A stretch of 11,782 bases of DNA from Candidatus Nanohalarchaeota archaeon (GTDB lineage Archaea; EX4484-52; JAADEF01). The position numbers and the translations under genes are program-made. Position 1 is the stretch's first letter, and each line of letters starts with the position of its first letter. Below the pieces are notes generated by a model. The model was not told where the DNA came from and did no database searches. It saw only the letters and a list, made by a program, of their open reading frames with translations. The stretch covers positions 1-11,782 of the forward strand of contig JAADEF010000010.1 in the NCBI GenBank assembly GCA_013153555.1, read 5' to 3'. Below, piece after piece: positions 1-6,717 of this stretch.

Positions 1-69
1 CGGTGGTCTAGTGGTTATGACGCCGCCCTCACACGGCGGAGGTCCCCGGTTCGAATCCGGGCCGGCCCA
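1..69 (+). tRNA. tRNA-Val (anticodon CAC), 5'-truncated by the window edge (about 4 nt of the acceptor stem missing)
   Basis: The anticodon arm is CCGCC-cuCACac-GGCGG: a 5-bp stem and a 7-nt loop with U33 and anticodon CAC. The T-arm is CCCGG-TTCGAAT-CCGGG. The 3' acceptor strand CCGGCCC is followed by discriminator A69. The window begins with CGG, the end of the complementary 5' acceptor strand. CCA is not encoded. Confidence 0.8.
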
Positions 70-73
70 TAGC

Positions 74-194
74 GGGAAAGAAATTTTCCCTATCAAACCT
101 TTAGAAAAGGTTTGACCCAAACAAACTTTAAGAAAGTTTGATCAAAACAAACTTTTTATAAAAAAGTTTGATCAAAAAGTCTACCTTCGGTAGG
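74..194. repeat. Array of nested perfect palindromes (hairpin-forming inverted repeats) built on CAAAC/GTTTG half-sites, immediately 3' of tRNA-Val
   Basis: Read directly from the sequence. GGGAAA-gaaat-TTTCCC sits at 74-90. TCAAACCTTT-aga-AAAGGTTTGA is a 10-bp stem at 93-115. CAAACTTT-aag-AAAGTTTG is an 8-bp stem at 122-140. CAAACTTTTT-ata-AAAAAGTTTG is a 10-bp stem at 148-170. CTACC-ttc-GGTAG sits at 181-193. Each junction (GTTTGACCCAAAC, GTTTGATCAAAAC) is itself near-palindromic. CAAAC/GTTTG half-sites therefore alternate orientation six times, with spacers of 11, 7, 9, 7 and 13 nt. Confidence 0.7.
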
Positions 195-250
195 AAGTCC
201 ATCTTTGAGGGGGGGGGAAGAGAAAAAGTGTATGTTGAGAAGTTCAAGAA

Positions 251-703
251 TTAATCCAATGTTTTAATAGATCTGAGCATAGCGCAATAACTTTCAGAAA
301 GAAGATCACAACCTTTTAAAAGATGGTCCATATACCACTTAGGTGGTTTTAAATGAGGTGCGGTTTTATCTGATTGAGCTACATATACTTCTGCCTCTAC
401 TGCCCCATCCAAGGTTAAAACCCTTACCCTAATTCGTCCATAATGATCAGGATAGCCCTCATACTTATCTAGTTTACGAATATCTTCTTCGTTAATTAAA
501 TAAAGTATGCCCTCCATAATAGACGAGCCATCAAACACAATGTTAGCAAAGCCCTCTTTTGGATTTTTAGTAGAAGTTTTGTTAAAAACCAATTTCCAAC
601 ATTTCAAAAATGCTTTTTTCCTTATTTTAAAATTCACACCTCTTTCCTTCATTCTCTCTGGATTCATATTAGAGCCGTATGCAAAATACCACACGCCTTT
701 CAT
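251..703 (-). CDS. Gamma-glutamylcyclotransferase-like (AIG2/GGCT-fold) protein
   Basis: The ORF is 251..727. The N-terminal motif WYFAYGSNM is the hallmark YGSNM/YGSL motif of the GGCT/AIG2 family, and later Y/E residues are conserved. I chose the start at the internal Met (MKGVWYFAYGSNM, ATG 703) because family members begin within a few residues of this motif. The Met at 727 is the alternative. Confidence 0.6.
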   Translation of the reverse strand: MKGVWYFAYGSNMNPERMKERGVNFKIRKKAFLKCWKLVFNKTSTKNPKEGFANIVFDGSSIMEGILYLINEEDIRKLDKYEGYPDHYGRIRVRVLTLDGAVEAEVYVAQSDKTAPHLKPPKWYMDHLLKGCDLLSESYCAMLRSIKTLD

Positions 704-756
704 AAAAATGCACAAGCTCAAAAACATTTAAAAAACTTCCTAAAACACATAACATT

Positions 757-1362
757 ATGAAAATATTATGCTCTTCTGATTTGCATATGAATAAAAAAAA
801 GGCTAATGCATTAGTAAAAGAAGCAGTTAAAAGAAATGTTGAAGTAGTGGTAAACACAGGTGATTTTTTATCCAATAATTTTGCTAATGAATTCGCTAAA
901 CAAATAGAAGAAGAAAACATGCAAGGAATATTTGTGGAAGGTAATTGGGATCATAACCTTCACATAACAAGTGAAAAAGTAAAAGTTCTCAAATACGAAA
1001 CCATTAAAATAAAAAAATACTACTTTTTTGGTATGGATGAAAAAATATTTTATTCTTGGGAAGATATGCTGGATCTCACCAAAGCCATTCCATCTGAGAA
1101 ATTAATATTTCTTACACACGAACCTCCAAAAGGATATCTGGATTTAATTTGGAACGGAACGAGAATAGGAAATTTAGATTACAAAATCTATGATGAAAAA
1201 AAGCAACCCTTGGCTCATTGTTTTGGTCATGTTCATGAAGCAAACGGCATAGCTCATCTTAAAAATACCATTCTCATCAATGGTGCAGTAGCAGACATAC
1301 CCAAGGCATACATATTAGACTTGAAAACCAAAAATATAGAAACAATTAATTTAAAGGGATAG
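757..1362 (+). CDS. Calcineurin-like metallophosphoesterase (YfcE/MJ0936-like phosphodiesterase)
   Basis: The metallophosphoesterase signature blocks appear in order: SDLH, NTGDF, EGNWDH, LTHEPP and GHVHE. Length is 201 aa. Confidence 0.7.
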   Translation: MKILCSSDLHMNKKKANALVKEAVKRNVEVVVNTGDFLSNNFANEFAKQIEEENMQGIFVEGNWDHNLHITSEKVKVLKYETIKIKKYYFFGMDEKIFYSWEDMLDLTKAIPSEKLIFLTHEPPKGYLDLIWNGTRIGNLDYKIYDEKKQPLAHCFGHVHEANGIAHLKNTILINGAVADIPKAYILDLKTKNIETINLKG

Positions 1363-1363
1363 C

Positions 1364-1816
1364 ATGATCATCTATTTTTCATCTGCTAGTGCGGAAGCAA
1401 AGTATCCCTTAACATCATTTGATAAAGCACTTTACAAATTAGGATTAGAAAATGTAAACCTTATAAAATTAAGCAGTGTTCTTCCAGAAAATGCTTCAAT
1501 CGTAAGAACACTACCGCGCCCCATAAAAATAGGAGAAATAGTAAAAGCAGTCTATACTCACATCACAACAAATAAAGGTATAGCTTCTTGCGGATTAGCA
1601 GTAGGAATGAAAAAAGGTGGTGGGGGTTTATTCTACGAATATGCTCAACACAATGCCTCTCAAAAAGAAGTTAAACAAGTGCTCCAAGAAATGATAAAAG
1701 AAGCTTTTGAAATAAGAGAATGGGAGCTTGATAGCATAGAATATGCTTTAACAGAAGCAAAACCCTCACATCACTATGCTACGGCATTAGCAGTAGCCGC
1801 ATTTTTTGACAAATAA
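1364..1816 (+). CDS. pdaD: Pyruvoyl-dependent arginine decarboxylase (agmatine-forming)
   Basis: The family motif GLENVNLIKLSSVLP contains the Ser-Ser self-cleavage site. FEIREWELDSIEYALTE and C-terminal alignment to the Methanocaldococcus PdaD (MJ0316) sequence as I recall it. The ATG lies 1 nt after the TAG of the upstream gene, so the two are translationally coupled. The N-terminus is about 15 aa shorter than MJ0316. Confidence 0.85.
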   Translation: MIIYFSSASAEAKYPLTSFDKALYKLGLENVNLIKLSSVLPENASIVRTLPRPIKIGEIVKAVYTHITTNKGIASCGLAVGMKKGGGGLFYEYAQHNASQKEVKQVLQEMIKEAFEIREWELDSIEYALTEAKPSHHYATALAVAAFFDK

Positions 1817-1821
1817 GGCTA

Positions 1822-3594
1822 CTATTTTACAGTCACACTCTTAGCTAAATTTCTAGGCTTATCAGGATCTGCATTTCTTTCCAAAGCCAAATAATAAGCC
1901 AAAAGCTGTAAAGGAATGATGTTCAAAATAGGCTGTAATATAGAGGATTTAGGCACTTCTACATAAACATCAAATACTTCATGAGGTTTGGAGCTAATTC
2001 CTATTATTCTCCCTCCCCTTGCTTTAACTTCCATAGCATTGCTTATTATATCGTCATAAGTTTCATCTTCACTAGCAATAACAATCACATCAGTATTAGA
2101 ATCTATTAAAGCAATAGATCCGTGTTTAAGCGCGCCTCCTGGAAAAGCTTCTGCATGAATGTAGCTAATCTCTTTTATTTTTAAAGCACCTTCTAAAGCA
2201 GTAGCATAATTAACACCTCTTCCTAACAAATAAAGATGCTCTTTCTTACTTAATTCTTTAGCCAACTGCTTTAACTTTTCTTGAAGAATCTCATTTCCCA
2301 ACATAGCTTTTATGCTTTCAGATACTTTTGAAATCTCTCCGTTAAATTCCAAACCCATGGTCTTGAAAATAAGAGTTATTAAAAGTAAAAGCTGTGCTGT
2401 GTAAGTTTTAGTTGCAACCACGCTAATCTCGCTTCCGGCATGCATAAGCACAGCATAATCCGATAACCTCATAAGAGTGGAGTTATACATATTAGTAATA
2501 GCAACTAGCTTAGCACCTTTATTTTTAGCTACCTTAACTGCCTCAATTACATCAGCAGTTTCACCAGATTGAGAAATAGCAATAACTAAAGTTCTAGGAG
2601 TTATAAAATGTTTGTGATACTCAAATTCAGATGCATCAACTACATTCACATGCTTATGGGCGTGTTTTGCAAATAAATAGCTTGCTGCTAAAGCTGCATT
2701 ATATGAACTACCAGAAGCTATAAAAAACACGCCAAAAGCGTTGTTTATGTCCTCTGCAAGTTTATCTAACATCTTTTCATTATAGACAAACACTTCTTTA
2801 ATTTTTTCAGCCTGCTCCTCTATTTCCTTTAAAGTATAATGAGGATAGCCATTTAACGGCTCATAGCTATCATACAGCTCTTTATTTACCTTTTCAAAAT
2901 CTTTTTCTATTTTATTTTTAGTATGCAAATCTATAAAAGTTAAATCACCCGTATTTATTTCCAAAATCAACGCTTCATCATCATTAAAGTAAGCAACCTC
3001 TCTCACCTTATCTACAAAAGCTTTTGCATCTGAAGCAAAATATACCTCATCACCATTTCTACCAATAAGTAAAGGAGATCCTCTTACTAATGCAAGCATA
3101 TAATTCTCAGTTATTGCCACTATGGCGAAACTTCCTTTTACTTCCTCACCAAAACGTTTTAATGCATCCTCTATGGATCTCTCTTCCTTTATCACATACT
3201 CTAATAAATTAGCTGCTACTTCTGTATCTGTTTCTGTTTTAAATTTATATCCTTTTTCCCGAAGCATAGCTTTTAATTCTGCATAATTTTCTATAATGCC
3301 GTTATGAACTAGAACCACATTATTATGAAAAGAAGCATGGGGGTGAGCATTCACTTCATCTACTTTACCATGTGTCGCCCAGCGAGTATGGGCAATTCCT
3401 GCTTTACCTTGTATAGTAGGTATGTTGCTTACATTTCCTATTCTTCCCACTCTTTTTTCTATAAACAATCCTTTATCAGTAAGAATGCTCACCCCCCAAG
3501 AATCATAACCCCTGTATTCTAATTTTTTAAGCATCTCCACTAAATCTGCAGAATTCACACCTTTTCTGCTGTATGCTCCAATAATACCGCACAT
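1822..3594 (-). CDS. glmS: Glutamine--fructose-6-phosphate aminotransferase (isomerizing)
   Basis: The N-terminal MCGIIGAY (Cys2 nucleophile) marks the class II glutaminase domain. Two SIS domains (SGETADV, GSS) follow. The 590-aa length and C-terminal KPRNLAKSVTVK are typical of GlmS. Confidence 0.95.
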   Translation of the reverse strand: MCGIIGAYSRKGVNSADLVEMLKKLEYRGYDSWGVSILTDKGLFIEKRVGRIGNVSNIPTIQGKAGIAHTRWATHGKVDEVNAHPHASFHNNVVLVHNGIIENYAELKAMLREKGYKFKTETDTEVAANLLEYVIKEERSIEDALKRFGEEVKGSFAIVAITENYMLALVRGSPLLIGRNGDEVYFASDAKAFVDKVREVAYFNDDEALILEINTGDLTFIDLHTKNKIEKDFEKVNKELYDSYEPLNGYPHYTLKEIEEQAEKIKEVFVYNEKMLDKLAEDINNAFGVFFIASGSSYNAALAASYLFAKHAHKHVNVVDASEFEYHKHFITPRTLVIAISQSGETADVIEAVKVAKNKGAKLVAITNMYNSTLMRLSDYAVLMHAGSEISVVATKTYTAQLLLLITLIFKTMGLEFNGEISKVSESIKAMLGNEILQEKLKQLAKELSKKEHLYLLGRGVNYATALEGALKIKEISYIHAEAFPGGALKHGSIALIDSNTDVIVIASEDETYDDIISNAMEVKARGGRIIGISSKPHEVFDVYVEVPKSSILQPILNIIPLQLLAYYLALERNADPDKPRNLAKSVTVK

Positions 3595-3632
3595 AACATT
3601 TACGGGTTAAAAAAACATTTATAAAGATTAAT

Positions 3633-3669
3633 TTAAAATTATTTTTAAACAATTAAAATTATTTTTAAA
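3633..3669. promoter_or_regulatory. Two perfect 17-bp direct repeats (TTAAAATTATTTTTAAA) in the glmS/HTH-gene divergent intergenic region; candidate operator or promoter elements
   Basis: Copies at 3633-3649 and 3653-3669 are identical, separated by 3 nt (start-to-start offset 20 bp). Each is an imperfect palindrome. They lie 17-50 bp upstream of the ATG (3686) of the ArsR-type regulator. Confidence 0.4.
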
Positions 3670-3685
3670 TAATAAAGGGATAACT

Positions 3686-4498
3686 ATGAAAGAAATTAAA
3701 AAATACGAAGAATTAAAAATACTAGCTCACCCAATTAGGTGGAAAATATTTAATCTTCTCAAAGAAAAGGAAAGTTATCTTAATGAAATAGCCAAACATT
3801 TAAACATCTCTCCTGAATCTGCCCACTATCACCTCAAAATACTAAAACCTTATTTAAATATTAGAAAAGAAAAAACACAAAGTAATTTTCACCGCATATA
3901 CTACTCGCTAAAACACACCACACTAAGCATTGGAAAAGAACCTTCTTCTAATCAAATCCATCACCACTTCTTCACATCTCAGCTTATAAGAATAATCGTA
4001 GGCTCTCCTGACCCTCATGGTAGGTATCAAGTAAGGGCGAGAGATTCTTATTTATCTGCATATATTTCCCACTATCTTGGAAAAAGAAATTATGAAATAG
4101 AAGTAATATGGGATACAGAGGCAAAAAGTTTAGAATTATACAAAAATGACATAGTAGTATTAGGCGGGCCCTTATCTAATGTCATAGCTGAAATGATTAA
4201 TACACACACACTCATAAGGTTTGATGAAAAAAGCGGATACAGAACTTTTCTCCATGGTAAAAAAAGAATTCCGGCAGAAGACAATATGGGATTGGTATAT
4301 TGCTCCATAAATCCCTTACACCATTCCTCAAAGCTCATATGGCTCGCAGGATCCACGCTTCAAGGAACATTTGCAGCTGTTTTAGCCTATGTTAAGCAAC
4401 ACATTAAATGCCCCGGCGCCTATTTAGTAGAAGGGTTAGATAAAAACAGCGATGGAAAAATAGATACTATCACTACTTACCTTTCTTTAACAGTTTAG
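3686..4498 (+). CDS. ArsR-family winged-HTH transcription regulator fused to an unrecognised C-terminal alpha/beta domain
   Basis: The N-terminal ~60 aa (LAHPIRWKIFNLLKEKESYLNEIAKHLNISPESAHYHLKILK) is a textbook ArsR/SmtB wHTH. The C-terminal ~170 aa shows alternating hydrophobic strands and helices (IIVGSP, IVVLGGPLSN, LVYC, LIWLAGSTLQGT) suggesting a Rossmann-like fold. I cannot place it in a family. A possible SD (AAGGG) precedes the ATG. Confidence 0.6.
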   Translation: MKEIKKYEELKILAHPIRWKIFNLLKEKESYLNEIAKHLNISPESAHYHLKILKPYLNIRKEKTQSNFHRIYYSLKHTTLSIGKEPSSNQIHHHFFTSQLIRIIVGSPDPHGRYQVRARDSYLSAYISHYLGKRNYEIEVIWDTEAKSLELYKNDIVVLGGPLSNVIAEMINTHTLIRFDEKSGYRTFLHGKKRIPAEDNMGLVYCSINPLHHSSKLIWLAGSTLQGTFAAVLAYVKQHIKCPGAYLVEGLDKNSDGKIDTITTYLSLTV

Positions 4499-5207
4499 CA
4501 AATTCCAAAGGCACTACTATAAATTTATTGCTTGGGTCTTTGGATATGTCAGATAGCAAGTGTAAGGTTCTCAAATATAACGCATTTTCGTCCTTTCCTA
4601 AGATTTTTGTTGCGTTCAAGTATTTTTTAGCTGCTTCTTCTTCTCCTGCTGCTTTAGTAATAATTGCTCGCTTCTCTCTTTCTGCTTCTGCCACTCTTGC
4701 CATCGCATTTTTCAATTTATCATCCACAATAATATCCTGAATTTTAACATCCACTACATCCACTCCATACTCGTCCATTTTTCTGTCAATTTCATCTTTA
4801 AGTTGAGAAGCTATTTGTGCTCTTTTTTGTAAAAGCTCATCAAGTTCATAAGTACCAACAATATCTCTTAAAATAGTTTGAGAATAAGTAGATGCCAATA
4901 CATAAGGATTTTGTGCTTTAATAACCGATTTAGCAGGATCCACTATTCTAATATAAGTTATGCTGTTAATCTTCACAGTTACATTATCCTTAGTAATAAC
5001 TTCTTGCTCATTCACATCAATGGTTAAAGTACGCATGTCAACCTTAATCATAGATTGAAACGGCCAAAAAATTAATCTCCATCCTGGTTGTTTAACTCCA
5101 CTGAACTTACCGAAAGTTAAAACAACGCCTCTCTCCCACTCATTAATCACACGCAGACAGCTAATTAAATAAACTAAGCCAGTAAAAAACAAAGAAATTC
5201 CCAACAT
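4473..5207 (-). CDS. SPFH/band-7 (stomatin/prohibitin-like) membrane protein
   Basis: An N-terminal TM helix is followed by NEWERGVVLTFGKF and then VDMRT, ITKDNV, IVDP and RDIVG blocks and a coiled-coil EAEREKRA region, which together define the SPFH domain. The SD GGTGAGGGG lies immediately before ATG 5207. The 3' end overlaps the convergent HTH gene by 26 nt. Confidence 0.85.
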   Translation of the reverse strand: MLGISLFFTGLVYLISCLRVINEWERGVVLTFGKFSGVKQPGWRLIFWPFQSMIKVDMRTLTIDVNEQEVITKDNVTVKINSITYIRIVDPAKSVIKAQNPYVLASTYSQTILRDIVGTYELDELLQKRAQIASQLKDEIDRKMDEYGVDVVDVKIQDIIVDDKLKNAMARVAEAEREKRAIITKAAGEEEAAKKYLNATKILGKDENALYLRTLHLLSDISKDPSNKFIVVPLEFAKLLKKGK

Positions 5208-5283
5208 CCCCTCACCTTACATATATTTAAGTTTTTAAATTTATTTAAAGACATTCTTCATTCGCCATAAAAACACAACAACC

Positions 5284-5304
5284 TTTTTAAATCTTTAAAA
5301 TATC
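5284..5304 (+). promoter_or_regulatory. Candidate archaeal TATA box for tRNA-His/ftsY transcription
   Basis: A TTTTTAAATCTTTAAAATAT A/T tract sits ~20-35 nt upstream of the tRNA 5' end (5320). This is positional inference only. Confidence 0.3.
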
Positions 5305-5319
5305 TAATACATTTGTTAT

Positions 5320-5391
5320 GCGAGGATGGGGTAGTGGTTATCCTGGCGGACTGTGGATCCGCTGACCCGGGTTCGAGTCCCGGTCCTCGCC
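5320..5391 (+). tRNA. tRNA-His (anticodon GTG)
   Basis: Acceptor GCGAGGA pairs with TCCTCGC, and the discriminator is C5391. The anticodon arm is GCGGA-cuGUGga-UCCGC with anticodon GTG. The T-arm is CCGGG-TTCGAGT-CCCGG. CCA is not encoded. Position -1 is T, so G-1 would have to be added post-transcriptionally. Confidence 0.85.
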
Positions 5392-5392
5392 T

Positions 5393-6292
5393 ATGTTCTC
5401 CAAATTTAGAAAGCTCATAAATAAAACCTCCAAAAAAATAGCAGAAAAAGTAACCACAAAGGAAATAAAAGAAGAAGATATAGAAGACATACTTTGGGAG
5501 ATGCAGTTTGAACTCATAGAAAATAATGTTTCCTTGGAAGTAGCAGAAAACATCATTCAAAACATCAAATCCAAACTAGTTGGAAAAATCATAGATAAAA
5601 AAGAAAAAATAGAAAACATCATAAAAGAAGCCCTCATTGAAGAAATAAAAAATACAGTCATAGAAAAAGATTTTGATGAAATGATAAAAAACATAAAAGA
5701 AAAACCAAAAATAATCGTATTCTTTGGGTTCAATGGAACAGGTAAAACCACAACAATAGCAAAATTAGCCCATTATCTTTTAAAAAAAGGAAAAAGTGTA
5801 GTATTGGCTGCAGGAGACACTTTTAGAGCTGCTGCTATTGAACAGCTTCAAGAACATGCTTCAAAACTTGGCGTAAAGCTCATAAAACAGCAGTACGGCA
5901 GTGATTCTGCTGCAGTAATTTATGATGCAGTAAATTATGCTAAATCCAAAGGCATTGAATTTGTACTAGCTGATACAGCAGGAAGAGCTCCTACTGACAA
6001 AAACCTTTTAGAGGAACTTTCTAAAATAGTAAGAGTAATTAAACCTCATCTAAGAATATTAGTATTAGAAAGCATCACAGGTAATGACATCGTAGAACAA
6101 GCAAAGCTGTTTAATGAAGTAGGTGTTGATGCAGTAATCATTACAAAATATGATGTTGATGATAAAAAAGGCGCAGTATTGAGCGTATCTTACGCAATCA
6201 AAAAACCCATAATATTTTTAGGTACTGGCCAAAATTATGAAGATCTCAAAAAATTTTCATTAGAAAGCTATATTCAAGAAATATTAAAATAA
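5393..6292 (+). CDS. ftsY: Signal recognition particle receptor FtsY
   Basis: The SRP-GTPase NG domain carries GFNGTGKTTTIAKLA (G1), DTFRAAA, DTAGR (G3) and TKYD/TKLDG-like (G4) motifs. The N-terminus MFSKFRKLINK resembles archaeal FtsY N-termini, and the length of 299 aa fits. The ATG sits 1 nt after the tRNA-His discriminator. Confidence 0.9.
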   Translation: MFSKFRKLINKTSKKIAEKVTTKEIKEEDIEDILWEMQFELIENNVSLEVAENIIQNIKSKLVGKIIDKKEKIENIIKEALIEEIKNTVIEKDFDEMIKNIKEKPKIIVFFGFNGTGKTTTIAKLAHYLLKKGKSVVLAAGDTFRAAAIEQLQEHASKLGVKLIKQQYGSDSAAVIYDAVNYAKSKGIEFVLADTAGRAPTDKNLLEELSKIVRVIKPHLRILVLESITGNDIVEQAKLFNEVGVDAVIITKYDVDDKKGAVLSVSYAIKKPIIFLGTGQNYEDLKKFSLESYIQEILK

Positions 6293-6305
6293 AAAAGAAA
6301 GAGGT

Positions 6306-6704
6306 TTACTCTCCCTTTACCCTCATTATCATTTTTACAGTACCGGCTATCACCCAATATTCAACATTCACTCCTTCGGTTAGTTTGCCTTTCAACTCCT
6401 CATTCACTAATGCATCAAACACTTCATAAGTTTCTAAATCCATTATTTGCGCTTGATCATCGCTTACAGTTATAACCTGACCATCTCTTTTATCTATAAT
6501 AGGTGCAGGTATTTTGCTATCTCCTGGTTTAGATATTTCTCTTTTCTTCCCATCAATTATACCTACTGCTACAATCCTTGCTTTTGCAGAGCCGTGTTTT
6601 CCTGGTTTAGAAAGACTAATATCTACTACTCTACACGGCACATCATCAATCATTATAAAGTCTCCCTTCCTAAACTGCTTAGCTTCTTTCATAATAACTT
6701 CCAT
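6306..6704 (-). CDS. Translation initiation factor 5A (aIF5A/eIF5A), hypusine-containing
   Basis: The hypusination loop SKPGKHGSAKA is present. The N-terminal SH3-like domain is followed by an OB fold. The SD GGAGGGAT lies 7 nt upstream of ATG 6704. Confidence 0.9.
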   Translation of the reverse strand: MEVIMKEAKQFRKGDFIMIDDVPCRVVDISLSKPGKHGSAKARIVAVGIIDGKKREISKPGDSKIPAPIIDKRDGQVITVSDDQAQIMDLETYEVFDALVNEELKGKLTEGVNVEYWVIAGTVKMIMRVKGE

Positions 6705-6717
6705 TTTAATCCCTCCA

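Noticed and set aside
136-148. C/D-box sRNA in the palindrome region (TGATCA resembles a C box)
   Set aside because: The motif is TGATCA rather than RUGAUGA, no CUGA D box lies at the right distance, and no guide region is evident.
507-920. ORFs 507..731(+) and 669..920(-) overlapping the GGCT-like and phosphoesterase genes
   Set aside because: Both lie antisense or out of frame to genes with clear family motifs. Their translations are low-complexity and hydrophobic, and they have no SD.
3325-3522. 65-aa ORF on + strand inside glmS
   Set aside because: It is antisense to a highly conserved region of glmS and has no homology signal or SD.
3595-3685. Possible glmS ribozyme/riboswitch upstream of glmS
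   Set aside because: The glmS ribozyme is bacterial. This 91-bp spacer is almost pure A/T with no conserved P1-P4 or pseudoknot features. Simple repeats explain it better.
4090-4740. ORFs 4090..4356(-) and 4528..4740(+) inside the HTH and SPFH genes
   Set aside because: They are antisense shadows of well-supported genes.
5258-5751. ORFs 5258..5560(-), 5338..5556(-) and 5557..5751(-) overlapping tRNA-His and ftsY
   Set aside because: They run through a clear tRNA-His and antisense to the conserved FtsY N-domain. Their F/Y-rich composition comes from reading the K/E-rich ftsY codons backwards.
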